A DNA stretch of 64,000 nucleotides from NCBI GenBank assembly GCA_030770535.1, contig JASVEC010000011.1, positions 248,001 to 312,000 on the forward strand. Reading direction: 5' to 3'. This document shows positions 37,532 to 52,908 of this stretch, one piece after another. The DNA comes from Batkoa obscura (Eukaryota). A program made the position numbers and the translations under genes. Under the pieces are notes generated by a model. That model saw only the letters and a list, made by a program, of their open reading frames with translations, had not been told where the DNA came from and did not search any database. Each line of letters opens with the position of its first letter. Position 1 is the first letter of the stretch.

Positions 37532-39800
37532 ATGGTAAGCAGTATCAAGGTAAATAAAATTATCATTATTAAGAAATAAAGTATTAGTAAAGTATTTTTA
37601 GAAATAGTAGGAGAAACAAAGATCCATGAGTTTTATTTATACAAAAACGAAGTTGATTATGATGAAGAATTTGAAAAAAAATTAAAAGATAATAATCGCT
37701 TTGACTTAAAAAATAACTTAACAGTTGAATGTATAGATCCTGAAGAGCAATCTAATTCGAGTAATAAAGTATTTCATCAAACTACTGAAGATAAAGATCG
37801 ATCCGATTTAAATAGCAAATCATCTATTATATCAACATACATATGTCCTTATAAAAATTGTCCAAAAATGTATAATGATAAACATGACTTAAAAGACCAT
37901 TGTGACTTAATGCATACTGAAAACAACTCTAATTACTGTAAATAAAAATCAAATTCATAGTTTTATTAGATCAACAAAATACAAATCAAAATGATATAAA
38001 TGATATAAATGATGACTCACTTGTTTCGGAAGATAAGGATAAGTGTGTTCTAAGCACTGAATTTTCTATTGAACATAAATATAAATGTTGTTATGAAAAT
38101 TGTAAAAAGTCCTATCCCAGTAAGAAATCCTTAAATTTTTACCACTTTATAAGACATATTAAAGGTAATTATAATTAAAAATAGTTAAAAATAATAGTTA
38201 AAAGTAGAAGATAAAAGTAAACATGAATTTTATATGAGCAATAGTCAAATAAAATTCAATAATAATGTATTCAATAAATATCCAAAATATAAAGAGTGAC
38301 CTGGTTTAATCAATACTTTACTTAGTCATCAAGTCGACTATAACAGGCAACCTAATTTGAATACAAATTTGTTTAATAAAGATATTAATTATATACACCG
38401 ATGTGTTATAAATAATAAATTAGTCAATGAAAATGTAAAAATTAAAGATCAAATTATTTTAAATGACTATTTACTTAAACAATATATGGAATGTCAGAAT
38501 CAATCGCTTTTAGTTAGTAAATTAAAGGATGAAAATCAAAAAGTTGAGAATCAATCTGATTTCAATAATAAAGTATTGTATGAAAAACTCTATAATTGTT
38601 ATCATAAAAAGCATTTAAAATCATATAGCAAACGACGTGATAAGAGAAATCATCAAATGAACAAACATTTTAAAAGTAATTTTATCGAATTTATAATATG
38701 GAATATTGTTAATTATTTTATAGCTTTGCAGCGGAGATATAAATATACTATAAAAATTAATTTATCAGTATTAAAAAATAATGTATCCACTGAAAATATT
38801 GAACTTAAAAAAATAATTTAGTTTTTTAGAAAAAATGTTTAATAAAAAATGATATAAGTGTCCATTTAAAAGTTGTACAAATTCCTATTTCAATAGATTG
38901 AATTTAAAATCTCATTGTGATAAAATGTATAGAATAGGTAATTACAATAATAAATTCAAAAAAAATCAAATTTATAACTATCATAGTTGAAAGAAAGATT
39001 TGTAAAGATATGACAGATATGAACTTCAACAATGTTGATCAAAAATCAGCTTGTAAATATTTAGAATATTCAAATCAATTTGATTCAAATAATAAAGCAT
39101 CAAATAAACGCATAGAGTATATAGATCCGTCAACTCTAAATAATATACCATTTTGAAATGATTTAAAATACAAGATACAATCTAATTTAAATGTTAACCC
39201 ACTCAGTAAATGAACTGAAAATAAAAATCAGTATGTTATAAGTAGTAAATCAACCATTCTATATACATATCTATTTCCTCATGAAAATTATCTAAAAAAT
39301 ATAACAATGAAAAGAATTTAAAAATTCATTCTATTATAATGGATTTTAAAGGTAATGTAATTATAATTAATTTTTATATAAAGAATATATTTTTAATGTA
39401 TTTAGATAAGCAAATTACAAATTGCAAATTATTATGCTATAAATCATTTTAAGTTTAATTTAAAACAAAAATCATATTCTAATAAGATAAGAGATTATAA
39501 TTAATTTAGTTCAAAATAAAAATTATATAATAAAAACATAGAAAATTATAATCTGTTTAATTTATAAGGTAAATTTCATATTAAAAATATAGTAGATTGT
39601 AATCAATTTAGTTTCAAAGATAAGATAAGTTCTATAATAAAAATAGAAAATAATAATTAGCCTAATTTAAAAGAGAAATTAGAATATAAAAGTACAAAGG
39701 ATAAGAAAAGGAGTGTTTTAAATAGTGAGTTAACAATTGATAACTTATATCCATGTTTATATAGAAATTGCCCAAGAACATATTTTAGAAAAGTGGAATT
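37532..39800 (+). pseudogene. Decayed multi-exon C2H2 zinc-finger gene (repeat-module architecture)
   Basis: YICPYKNCPKMYNDKHDLKDHCDLMH (~37838), YKCCYENCKKSYPSKKSLNFYHFIRH (~38079), YNCYHKKHLKSYSKRRDKRNHQMNKH, YKCPFKSCTNSYFNRLNLKSHCDKM (~38853) and YPCLYRNCPRTY (~39748). Most fingers are followed by a GTAA donor. In-frame stops occur in later modules. Confidence 0.7.
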
Positions 39801-40195
39801 TTAAATAATAATAATATAAAAAATAATAAAAAAATAAAATAGAATTGTTAGATGAATAACTTGTAATTTATTGGAAATAATTAAGTATAATATTAATGTA
39901 CCAATTTTTCTAATTAATGATACAAATAAATTCAATTATTTTAGCTTAATAACACACTTAAAAAAAGTTTGTTTCAATGTTATTTTTCAATAGAAAGTAT
40001 AAAATCAAGGATATAGATATTACATTAATAACTTTATCTTTATAAAATTGAATGAAATTGGTAATCAAATTCATTATAATTGAATTAATTGAAAATGAAA
40101 ATAATACTTAATTCAATTTAATAGAAAAATTTAATTGAAATTGAAATAATTATGATTTTATAGGTTAAAATTGAAAAATCAATATATATAACAGT

Positions 40196-40302
40196 ATATG
40201 GGGATGCATTTTTTTGTTTAAGAATTTTACTAATAATTTTTCCACTCAAATAGCACTTAAGGAACGGAAAAAGTGATGAAACTGAAAAAAATATCCCCAT
40301 AT
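40196..40302 (+). mobile_element. ~107-bp MITE-like element, copy 8
   Basis: ATATGGGGATGCATTTTTTTGTTTAAG...CAAATAGCACTTAAGGAACGG...ATATCCCCATAT. Confidence 0.88.
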
Positions 40303-40764
40303 GATGAATCATTAAAGTTAAATAATATATCATTTGATGAGTGGATGAAGTCTAAGTATTAAAGTATATTGAATGATAAATTATTTGCTGAATTTTATAT
40401 AAGTTAAATATTTTTTTGATTATAAAAAGAAAATATTTGTATTTTATACTATTATAATGAAAAGAAAGTTTTAATTATTGTAAAGTTGAATTATTTTTTA
40501 TTATTTTTTATTATTTTTATTATTATTAGTAAAAATTGAAAATATTTAAATCTTTAATAATTTAAAATTAGTAATGAAATTAACAATAATATAATTATCT
40601 AAATGACTAACTATAAAATAAAATAAAATAAAATAATTAAAACTTTAAAAATAAAGCAAACTAAATAGATTAAATAAACAAATATCTATAAAAAAAAAAA
40701 GAAAAAAAAAAAAGTAAACCTAAATATTTAATAATAAAAAATCTATAATATCTCTTTTTCTTTT

Positions 40765-41322
40765 CTAAAGTAAATTCAACAAACCCGACTTTTCCTTTTT
40801 TTTACTAACTCTTTTCCCACTATTTTCTTTCTGTCTTTGAATCTTTTGTTTACTATTCTTTTTCTTTTGCATTGTTTTCCGAAGTTTACTTTTTGCAAAA
40901 GCTTCTGGTTGATTTAATGCTTGAAGAGCACTCTTTTCCTTTCGATTTCTTCGAACTTTTCTAATATTTTCTTGAATTTTATTAATAGCTTTTAAATACT
41001 CCATTGAATCTGCTTGATGTTTAATAAATCCTTCCACTTCATTAGTTAATTCCATTAATTCTTGATGAGAACTCTCATGTTCTTTTAATACTGGATCATT
41101 TAAAGTTCGAATAATTGGTGATAAAATGGGGATAAGATAAGGGGTTAAATCTTCAGTTGAAATAACTGAAACTAAAGCAGCAAATAATTTAAAGATATGA
41201 ATTTTATTTGGTTGATTATCTATTTTTACTACTTCTAATCTTGCTATATAAGAACATCTTTTTAATAACCAACCTAATGGATCTTTTGCTGTTATTTTAT
41301 TCATTTTCCTTTTAATAATTGA

Positions 41323-41355
<33 letters not shown>

Positions 41356-41740
41356 TTCATTTATTGATTCATTATCTGATTCATTATCTGATTCTAATTC
41401 ACTTTCATTTTGTTCATTTTGTTCATTTTGTTCATTTTCTTGATTAATACTTTGTTTCTTTTTATAAAAATAAAAAGCTTGACCAATAAAATATAAATTT
41501 TTAACCCATTGATCTGCTAATTCATTATCAAAAATAGGTGATTTAATTTGAATACATAAATTATAAGCTGTATTAAATAATTCTTCAATTGATAATAAAG
41601 AATGATTTGTAATAATTGGAGTAATAACTTGACATTTCTCTGCATCACAATTAGCATAAAACATACCTAATAATCTTGAAGAACTAATCCTTAACCAATT
41701 ATGTGGATGTAATAAATATTCATTTAATTTTAAAAATAAA

Positions 41741-41790
<50 letters not shown>

Positions 41791-44700
41791 TAATTTTTTA
41801 AATACTTTAAATACTTTTGTTAATGTATTAATAGCATTATATGGAATTTCCCAACGAGTAGGAATATCTAAATGAGATAAATCAAAACCTGGATTTTTTT
41901 CTTGAATTAATTGTTGTTTTTGTTGTGCTTCTAATAATAATTGAATTCCTAAATCTAATGAATTGGAAAGTATAATTAATGTTTTATCTAAATATTTATC
42001 AAATTTAATATTTAATGAATCTATCATTAATCCTAATGTTTGTAATCCAATTCTCTTTAATTGTAAATTATTATTACTTTCTTCAATTGATTTAATTTCA
42101 ATTGATGCCCATTTAATAATTAATTGACTAATTTTATTTAATAAATTATTATCTAATTTACTTATTAAAGTCTTAATTAAAATAGCTGCCATTTCTCTAC
42201 ATTTAATTGAATCATCATTAATTAATACCATAATTAAGGCTAAAAATATAGTTTCTGAATAATCATTTAATAATTTTGGTGATATTCTAATAAATAATAC
42301 ATTAAATAATTCCATTATTGATTCTCTACCAGTTTCAAATTCATAACTTAAATTACTAATTAAAAATTGAATTTGTAAATCTAATCGTTGACTTCCTTGT
42401 GGATAATCCATTAGAAATTGTAAATAAACTTCTCTACATGTATTACGTACACTATCTAATTGATTAGTTACCATGATCTTACCTACTTCATCAATTAAAT
42501 CATATAATGAACTAATTAACAATTGTCTAGATAATATAGCTCGAATTAATAAGAAAGTAGTAGATTGTCGACTAGGTTCTTCTAAATCAGGCATAATTAA
42601 ATTAATTAATAATGTTAAATGTTGATCTTTGATTTCAATTTCAGGTTTATTTTTAATTACATAAGCAATTAATTTAAATCCAGTTTGTACTACTTCTGAT
42701 TGTGTAGATCCAAGACTAATAATAATATCAAAGATTCTTTTAATAATAGTTGGTAAACCTAATTGAAATCCAGGTAATGACATTTTTAATAATAATTGAA
42801 TAATTTTAATAGCATTAATAGTAATTGATTGATAATTTGAATATAAACTTTCTCCCATAATATCAATATATGGATTTAACATTTGAATTTGAATTTGTTC
42901 ATTTTCAAATTCAAATCGATTTCTTTTTAATGCAGATAATAATAATTCCATACCAAATTCAACAAATTTATGAGCATTATTAGAAAAATAATCTAATTGT
43001 CCATTAATTGTTTTTCTTTTAATATGTACTGTATATGTTACTTCTTGATTACTTTTTTTGTTTTTATTATTTACTTTGTCTACTTGACATAAAGCTATAT
43101 TTTGCATAATTAAACCATGACAAAATTTTAATAATATATTAGTATTGAATTTAGAATTCTTAATTAAACCCGAAGAAATTCTAGTCAATGCATCACTAAC
43201 TTTAATTAATATTTTACCATTATCTGTTTCACTTAATATTTGTTTTAATGGTATTAATAATATTGGTAATGATTTAAAATTAATTAATGTAGTTAATATA
43301 TCTAAACTTAAGTTTCCTTTTCTTGATTTAACTTCTTTTTGTTTACCAGTATAATCTTCTGCTTCTTTTTCTTTACTAACTTCTCCAAATAAATCTTCAA
43401 TAATAATATCCATAATTAGACTAGTAGATTTATCAATATCATCATTTTTTAATGCTGGTGTAAGTGCTATTAATATTGAATTAACTGTATAACTTAATAT
43501 ATGTTTAAAGAATCCTCGATTTAATGAATTATATAATTCTTTAATAATAAAATGTAAATGAGGTGGTCCAAATAATTGTGCTATTTTAATTAATACATTA
43601 CGTACATTATCTCTACATGTTTGATCTCTTGATTTTAATAAATTACATATATTTAATATTAATGATGGTATTTGTTTTTTAAATGATTGTTGTGGTAATT
43701 TTTTTAATAATCTTGCTATTACTAATGCTAAAGGTATTCTATCTGCTATTTTATCTTCTGGACATTTATTTAAATATCTTAATAAATCTGGTATCATATA
43801 TGTTATTACCATTTTATGTATAGCTTCATTAGAATCATTGTTTTTTAATTCATTAATTAATTCTTCTTTATTAATATCATTATCTTCTTCATTAATATCA
43901 CTATCTTCTTTATTAATTTGTTGTATATCTTCATTATTGATTTGTTGTATATCTTCATTAATTTTATCTTTTAAATTTGTTTGTACTTTATTTAAATTAA
44001 ATCGAAATCCATCTAAAATACCAAATATAATTTTTAAAAATAATTTCTCTTTTTCTGGTTTCTTAATTAAAAGTGAGAAATATCTTCTAAATAAAGATAT
44101 ATAAAAAGACCAAGAAAGATGTCTTGATATAGCTGAAATAGCTCGAATAGATTCATAAGTTAATTCATTATTTTTATCTGAAAAGATAAAATCAGAACAA
44201 ATTGGTAAAAAGATATTAGATAATAAACTAGAACGAATAGGTGAAATTGAATTATTTTGATGCTTATTTAATAATGCTGAAAATTTAGTTAATACTTTAA
44301 CTCTTTGTGCTAATTGAATATGATAAATCCCATTAAAAAAATTAGATTGTTCAATTTCTTCTTCTCTTTCTTCAATATCTTCTTTATTAGAACTACCTAA
44401 TAATTCTACTAATTCATTAAATGGTTCAACTGTTGGAAAAAATTTTACAGCTTGTCCTAATATTTGGAAATATTCATATCTTATTGTTTCTGAATTGATT
44501 TTTAATCCTTTTTTAATGCTTGGTAATATAATATGACTTAATAAATCAATAAATTCATTTTGTTTTTGTTTATTTTGACATTCAGATGTTATTGTAAAAT
44601 ATTTAATTATTGCAAAAGATCCACTATTACGTAATGACATTTCATCTTCATTTTTTAAAAAATATAAAAAATTATATAATAATGGTAACCATTGATGAGC

Positions 44701-47700
44701 ATTAAGTTGTTCAGCTATTTCGTCATTAAATTTAGTAAATGCATTTAATCTAACATCATAATCTGGTTCATCTAATCTTTTTTTAGAAAATGCATTAATA
44801 TCATTTAATATATCAATGATTTGTTTTAATTCTTCATCAACTTTTGAAAATGTTAAAAATATATTTAATAAACCTTGTCTTGATTCTCTAAGATTAATTG
44901 AGAAAAATAATCTTGCTAAACTTTGATATAATTTTAAAAATTCAGGTGTAATTGATTTTAAATCTAAATCTAATTTAACTAATTCAGATAATATAATAAT
45001 AATATCTCTTTTCATAAATTCATCTAAAACTTTGTTAGGTTTATGTAATGATGGATATAATAAATTCAATAATGCTTTAGCTTGATTTTGATTATCAATA
45101 TAAGGAGCAATCTTAGATAATAATCGAATTTGACGTTGAAATAAATTATTACGTAATGGACCAGGATTAGTTGATGGAGAAATAATTTCTTTTTCTAAAT
45201 TATCTAAAAAGGAAGATATATTAGGTCTTAATGTCTTTGCTAATATTTGTGAAGAAGATAATAAATCTTTATCATTTAATACTTTTGTTTCTGTTTCTGC
45301 TAATTTAAATAAATTTTCAACAACATCAATAACTAAACTTGTAACTGAAGATTTAACATGTGAAATTGATAAACAATCAAATAATTTACTCAATAATCGA
45401 TCATCATAATCTACTAAAAATTCATAATAATCTAATCTAGTTGACCAAGTTAATATAATATCTAAAGTAGCTGATGGACCTTGTGAATTTTCTTGTGGTA
45501 AATTATTAAGTTTAGATGAAATCATAGAATCAAAGATAGCCTTCATATAAGGTTGAAAATTATATTGAATTTTAAGATTAAATATAGTTAATAATCTTTT
45601 TAAACCTTGTTGACGAATCTCTTTAAATATGTTTTGTGAATTTTCTTTCATTAAATTTTGATCTGCGTAATTCATTATATGAATTAATATAGCTATTATT
45701 TGATGAATATATATATTTAATGAAGTTCCTAATTGTTTTAGTATATCGGATAATAAATATAAAAATCCAAGTTGATTTTTTAATGGTATTGAAGCCATAT
45801 CAATTTCCTTATTAATGATAAATTCTTCATTATCTTGTTTAATTTCATTGGCGTTTAAAACAATAGAATTAAATGGTTTAAATAAAATATTAAATAACAA
45901 TGAAAGTTCCTTTGGAGCAAGAGCAGAAAGATAAGATAAAATAACTGTACGACGATGATTAATATTCATTTTACTGGATTTTCTACCTTTACGTGAAATT
46001 AATCGTCCATATAGTATTTTGACTAAATAAGGAAGTAATTGTTCTCGATGTTTAGATTCAATAACATCAGAATCTGGAGCTATACTAAAAGTAGTAATTT
46101 CATCACGAAATTTAATATCATTTAAAATATTATGTAAACGTAAAGAATATTCCGATATAAATTGATATCTATAAGTTTCAATACATTTTAAACTTAATGT
46201 TTGTATATCACTATCACCACTTGCTAATAAAGTTTCAAATATTGGTTCTAATTGATTGCGTTGTTTTAATTTATCTGCTTTTTGAAATTTGGAAAAGATT
46301 TCTAAATATTGAATTAATTGTTTACGCAAAGGTTGAGATTCTATTATATGATTTTTGCCTTTCTTTATACTAACTTCATTTTTGTTATTTTCTATTTCAG
46401 TTTCTTCAATTATATCTTCTTCTTCTTCTTCTTCTTCTTCTACGGCTTTTGGATTGCTCGATCCTTTTAAATATTTTTCATAAATTTGTAAAAATAATTT
46501 ACAAATTGTTGTGGAATGAGCTTCAGCTAAATGAGGAGACTCAATAAAAGTACGTAAGATCCATTCATAAATAACCCAATGATCCAATCGATCATTACGT
46601 GGATTCAATAATTGAACTAAATGATTGGTTAATAAATCAAACGAATAATTTTCTTTTCCTTCTTTACTTAATATTCTAGTTGTTATTTGATTAACTTTTA
46701 AGTTTTGTTTATCTTCATTAAAACTTTTAATTGAACTAAACACATTATTAATTTGATTATATGAATTGATAAATTCCCCATTTTGAAGTCCTTCAATAAC
46801 AGATAATAATAATTTAGATACAATCTTTGGTTTATGTTTAGAACATGCTTGAAGTCCTTTAACAGCATCTAACCATAACGGTCTAAAATTGACAGTAAAC
46901 ATGCTAACACAAAGACTTGGAACAATTAAATCAAAGTTACTAAATAAACCATTAGAAGCCATAACAGATAATTTCCTTAATGGTATTAATTTATCTCTAT
47001 ATTCATTAAGATTTGTTGGTTTACTATCTACTTGAATACAAAGTTGAAATAAGTTATGAATATTACTTTGTTTATTTTCATTTTCCTCTTTTACTTCAAA
47101 TTGAGATAATATTTCAAAACAAGCAAGTCTTATATTGGAATCATAACAAATCAATGAAGGTATTAATAATTGATAAACTTTATTGAGTTGTTCATTTTCA
47201 AATATTTGTTTAATTTCATTATGAATTTGATATTGTTTAAGATACGATAAAATAATATGAATACTTTGTAATACATTCTTTGATTGAAATTTTGGTAAAA
47301 TAACTGGTAAAAGTTTATTATTCCAAAAAGATACTAAATATTTAATTAATTTTAAACCTTTAATATTTTCTTCTATTACATTGACTTTTGATTTATTTTT
47401 TTTCATTTTTTTATTAGGTCTTTCTAATTCATTGTTTTCTAATTCATTATCCTTTAATACTATACAACTTATTTTAAAAATACAATAAATTATTTGTCCA
47501 AGAATTAATTCTCCAAAAATATTGATATAACTTAATTTCTTTTCTTCAATTTCTTGCTGTTTACATTGAATTAAATATGTTGATAATGAATCAAATAAAT
47601 TTTCTAATATATTAATAATATTTGAATCATTTACTTTAATATTAGCTAAAATACTTAAATAACATGATAACATCGAAATCATTGGTTCAATTTCAATTTC

Positions 47701-49649
47701 ATTATTATAAAATTGTATTACTTCATCAAATAATAAATCCCAATCATTAGTTGGCTCAATAAATTTGCTTATTAAATTAATATTAGAATCCGATGTAAAT
47801 TGAATTAATCCTTCTTTTGTTACTGTATTTGTTATACTATTTTCATAATAAATAATAAGATTATTATCAATAATTTCAGTTAATAACATAACAAATAAAG
47901 TTGCATTATCTTCCCATGGTTCCGATGCCATTTTAATTAATGGTGGTATAATGAGTTGAGAAAAATGTTGAAATTTTAAATGAATAAGTAACTTTGAAAA
48001 TTTAATTGCATAAATTGGATTCTATAATATCAAAAATCATTAGTATTACTTTACTATAATATATAAAATTAAAAACTTACTTTATAATTATATAAACAAT
48101 TAATAATTACTTTTCCTTTTGAATACAATTCTTTAGTATCAATTTGACAAATTAACAAACTTAATAAAGAAAATAATTCGGCTAAACATAAAGAATGCAA
48201 TTCTTCAATTTTTTGAGTTTCAAATAGTACTTTAACAAATTGTATAATTATATCTAAAAATGGAATATAATCTTGAACACAAGCACCATTGAAATGGTCA
48301 AAGAATGTTTTTATAGTACCTAATATAATACATATTTCATTACTACTTTGTTTTTCTATATTGACTTCTTGATTTCCATAAAACTTGGATAAACTTGAAA
48401 ATTGTTGAATTAATTTTTCATTAATTGGTGCACCATTTGATTTTCTGCAATAATTACATGCTTCTTTGATAAATTTACAATTTAGTTCATATGCTGAGTT
48501 ACTCAATTCTAATTTAAAATTAACAAATCAATAATAGTGAATTTTGATTAATTTTACCTATTGAATTTCCATCAAGTGAAAACTGAGATTGTTGTACCAC
48601 AACAAACATTTGATCTTGAATTTCAGAATAACGTGAATGAAGTTTATTATCAATGTTCTATAAAAAAATTTATTAATATCCCTATTCAAAAACTAAACAA
48701 AAAATATATAACTTACTTTAACACTTTCCAAAAGTAATAAAGATAAACCATCAAGTATTTCATCCTCTCTATTTTTGTCATAGTATTCAAAAATAACCTC
48801 AATAATTTCTTTTAAATCTTCATCTTTACATCTTCTAATTAAAAATCCAAAAGATTCAGCCACAAATACACGAAGATAAGCTTTACCACGTCTTTCTCCC
48901 ATTAAGGGGGCAAGTACCCTATTAAAATATATTAATACCAATAATGGTAAATAAATTTATGACTTACTTAAATATCTCTGGTAATTTTTTAATTGCAATT
49001 TTAGATAAATATTTTAATGAAAATGCAATAGCATTAAACGTATGCTAAATTTTATATTAATAAAAAATAATAAATAAGACAATTAAGTTTACTTCAATAA
49101 TCCCAGCTTCTTTATGATTTAAAACGATAATCAATGGATCTAATAAGCCCAAAAATTCGTTATAAAACTCTTCTTGTAAATCTCTAGCTAAGCATGGTAT
49201 AAGTCTAAATAAAACCATTAGCATCTCAAAAAACATCCAAAAACTATATCAACTTACTGTAACACTGGAATTAGGGTATCTGAAGATTCTTTATAAAGAT
49301 ATTCTTTAATAATCTCCGCAATTTGTTTTTTATGGTGTAAAATTTGAGGTAACGATTTAACGAATGGTTTAATTTTAATTGAGAATTCTTCAAATGGAAC
49401 TGTAAGATTTGAAATCAACAACGATTCAAACAATTCATTAAAAAAAGATCCTGAGTTTTCTATATCTATTGGTTTTCTATCAATTTGATGAAGTACATCA
49501 AAACTTAAATTTTCGATTCTTTCTTTAAAGGAAGAATACTATAATAATTAGTTATTAGTTTAACTTGGTCTGAATTACAAAATAGTCTAGCTTACTCTAA
49601 ATTTATTCCTTCCTCCAGCCAAATTGAGCTCCCCTACTTGCTCAGACAT
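40765..49649 (-). CDS. UTP20: U3 snoRNP/SSU processome component UTP20 (HEAT-repeat; several short 5' exons and one >7 kb exon)
   Basis: ATG at 49649 (MSEQVGELNLAGGRNKFR|YSSFKERIENL), YLRVFVAESFGFLIRR, HREQLLPYLVKILYGRL, RLDEPDYDVRLNAF, FLMDYPQG...NLSYEFETGRES, LLHPHNWLR, basic C-terminal tail. Confidence 0.93.
41323..41355. repeat. (ATT)11 microsatellite encoding poly-Asn in UTP20
   Basis: Eleven ATT units read directly. Confidence 0.9.
41743..41790. repeat. (ATT)16 microsatellite encoding poly-Asn in UTP20
   Basis: Sixteen ATT units read directly. Confidence 0.9.
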
Positions 49650-50073
49650 ATTCTATAGTTATGAAATGGATTTTAAAAGAAACTAAAACTTTAATTTTTC
49701 ACTTCTCCCATAGTTCAATCTTAACTTATTTTTTTTGTGCATAAATTTTGAACTAGCAAATCATAACCGAGTATAAAAAACCTCGAAAATTGGCAGGCTA
49801 AAAATTTTATAACATTTTTATAAACAAAATGTAATCAGGATTTCCATGACTTTTTTATTAATAGTATTATTTTTAATATGTAAGTTAGCTTAAATAATAA
49901 TATAAGTTATCTTTTTGTAGCTTTTTAAAATAAATTCATAACTCCCTCTTGCCTTATAATTTAAATTCTAAAATATTAACTAACCTAAAATATTTATTAT
50001 CGAACTTATGAAATAACAATTTTTATTTTAATTAAAGAATAATACTCAAAAAGTGAATAAAAAACAAACTACC

Positions 50074-50179
50074 ATATGAGGGCGTTTCTTTTGACTTCAT
50101 CACTTTTTCCATCTTTAAGCGCTATTTGTGCAGAAAAACTATTAGTAAAATTCTTAAGCATAAAAATACATTCTCATAT
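50074..50179 (-). mobile_element. ~107-bp MITE-like element, copy 9 (reverse)
   Basis: ATATGAGGGCGTTTCTTTTGACTTCATCACTTTTTCCATCTTTAAGCGCTATTTG...AAATACATTCTCATAT. Confidence 0.87.
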
Positions 50180-50399
50180 AAGCTTAATAAAATTACATTC
50201 AACATATTTATTTAATGTTACTATTATTTCACAATAGTTAAAAGCAAAGAGACTACTTTTATGCGTTAACACTTTACCTTAGCAACATAGAACAAATTTT
50301 CCTTATTAATAAAAAGTTTGAATTTCCGAGTAATACTTTTTAAAATAAATTGAATGCATTTAATTGCTGATTTACCTATTAAAATAATATCTCTTTTTC

Positions 50400-51560
50400 A
50401 TTTATACGCTTTTAGTTAACATTTTAGTTAAACTATATTGACTATTATCTCCCATAGACTCAATATAGCGCTTTATGGTTTGATATACCTTGATACTTAT
50501 AATTTACCTGTTTACCAAAAATTTTGCTAATTAAACTAAATTTACTATCATATATCATCTATTTATAAGTTAATTTTTCAGTTACTTTTGCTAATTCCTT
50601 ACCCATTACAACTTTCTGAATCTTTTTTTCTACTATATAACTTACAAATATCTATTTTTAGATACATCAATTATAATTACCTTTGCATGTATGACTACAG
50701 TGAGTTTTTAAAGTAATCTCATCTAAACATATCTTTGTATAACTACTAATAGTGCATTTGTATCCTTCTTTAAGTAATCTATACTCTAAATTAGCATCTA
50801 AAAAAGGTTTCTCCCTGTAGCTCATATTACGATAAAACAACATACCTTTTCGGCTAGACTGACCATAATAGTTTACACTAACATTAAGCACTTGATTGTT
50901 TAAATTGGGCTAATTGTTACCTGTGTAATATCCATATTAATTTTGATTATCTATTTTATTTTGAAGGTATTAATTATAGGTAACTTAATTATAGGTTCAT
51001 AAATTGTAGCTACCTTTAACGTACATTGAAATGTAGTAGTTATTTATCTAGAATATACATGAATATGACATTATACAGTTTCTGTATACACGCTTATATG
51101 TATTTTCAATTGGTACTTCGGCTTTTAATATGGGCTGATTGCTGTCATTTATACTTTCATTAAATAAGTCATCTTTTAAAGTAGACTGATGAATGCCAAC
51201 GATATGACCCTTTGTAGTTTGTTTCCCTAATTAATTTACAAATAATTCGTTTTTCTTTATATTAAGTCTATTCGCTTTTATAGTGCGTTGTAATGTAATG
51301 GTATTTTAAATCATATTTGTTATTATAGGTTTTTGGACAGTCTCGGTAAGGAAATACATAGGTAGATGCAACGGATAATTTACTATTTAAATAGGTCAAT
51401 TCTTAGCTTCAAGACGTTTATTGATTGAATTAACATTTAAAACAGATTGTATCTTATAATTTAGATTATAACAAGTGCTATACCTTTTGAACTAATCTGG
51501 TCCGTATACTCTACGCGTTCATTTGGTGCTTTGTTATTTGAAATAGATTGTTTCTTACTT
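50400..51560 (-). pseudogene. Decayed C2H2 zinc-finger gene, paralog of 37532-39800
   Basis: STYVFPYRDCPKTYNNKYDLKYHYITTH (~51367-51284) matches STYICPYKNCPKMYNDKHDLKDHCDLMH. Also YKCTISSYTKICLDEITLKTHCSHTCK|gtaatt. Multiple stops. Confidence 0.65.
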
Positions 51561-51607
51561 TATCTACGTCTACAAGGTGATTTCTTAACTATATCATTTA
51601 AGTCCTT

Positions 51608-51714
51608 ATATAGGGGATGCATTTTTTTATATAAGGGTTTTACTAATAATCTTTCCACTCAAATAGCGCTTAAAAATGGAAAAAGTAATGAAACCAAAAA
51701 GAACACCCCCATAT
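51608..51714 (+). mobile_element. ~107-bp MITE-like element, copy 10
   Basis: ATATAGGGGATGCATTTTTTT...CCACTCAAATAGCGCTTAAAAATGGAAAAAGTAATGAAACC...CACCCCCATAT. Confidence 0.88.
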
Positions 51715-52908
51715 TTAAAACGGCAAATAAATGGATTTAAAGTAACTTTAATGTTGCCATATTTTAACATAAAAGCATGCTCTCTACCATCCGTTCTACT
51801 TTTTAATAAAGGTTTGTTCTGTTATCTTATTCTAACTTATCTTTGCCTTCTTTGTATAATTAATTGAGTGACTGCGTATTGATTAATTAATAGTATCTAC
51901 TTCAATTTATTGTAAGATGAAAGTTAGTAGTTTAAAAATAACGATTTTAACAAAGTGAAAAAGGTATAATCAAAGTAACACTAAGCTGTGTTTTTATTGT
52001 TTGATGTTTGAATAAAATGTAAAAAATATCAAAACATTTGTTTTAAAGCCTATTTTTATTAAAACACCATCTTTGTCTCAGGCAGTTGTAAGTGTGTCAA
52101 GTATATAAAATATCAAAATAAAGAAGTAATTTAAAAAGTGTTTTCGTACAAAATGGCTATATAGCTATGTACCTATATAGCATTATCATGTCTAATAGTT
52201 TTTTAATGAGATCGGGTAGTGTTAAAAAATCTGCTATAAGACAATATTTACTTTCAATGGGAACACTAACGTTTTGAGAAAGATGTGATTCTACTTCAAA
52301 ACATGTAACCCTTCAATTCTACCTTGATCCCTCATTCATTCCTCCCTATATCATTCAAAGTACTATAAAGTAAGATTTCCATCAAAAATAATTTTATTGC
52401 TAATATTTTATTACTAATACTTTAATATTGGTTTTGTAAATAAAAACCATTTTAGTACTGATTATCCTTTATATGTGAGAGATCGGCATTTTAAGGTACT
52501 TCGAATATTAATAAGGTAGCACGCAGTAGCTTACTTACAAAAAAATTCCCGAATTATTTTTATTTCGACCAAAGTGTCTATTGCGTCAATTTTGATATAA
52601 TAAACATAACAAATAAAAGTAATATAACCAAGCGTCTACAAAAATTATACGAACATTTAGTAGAGCATAGCTTGTTAATATTTTCGTAAAGTAATGAGAT
52701 ATTCACTTATGTCAGTAAAATCTAACTGTCTATAATTTAGTATACTTGTCAGTACTACTATGGTTAGTTTAATCCATTAACCCCCTTTACTCGCTTAACT
52801 ATTTAAAAAGGATATATACAATACTTTGGTACTTTTTACATTCTTATTAGCCAATTTTCCCGATTCATATCCATCTGGAGTTGAACTTTTTAATTTTGAA
52901 CTATTATT

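Noticed and set aside
40118..40333. 71-aa ORF (likewise ORFs 51531-51740 and 51676-51867)
   Set aside because: These are chance frames running through MITE copies.
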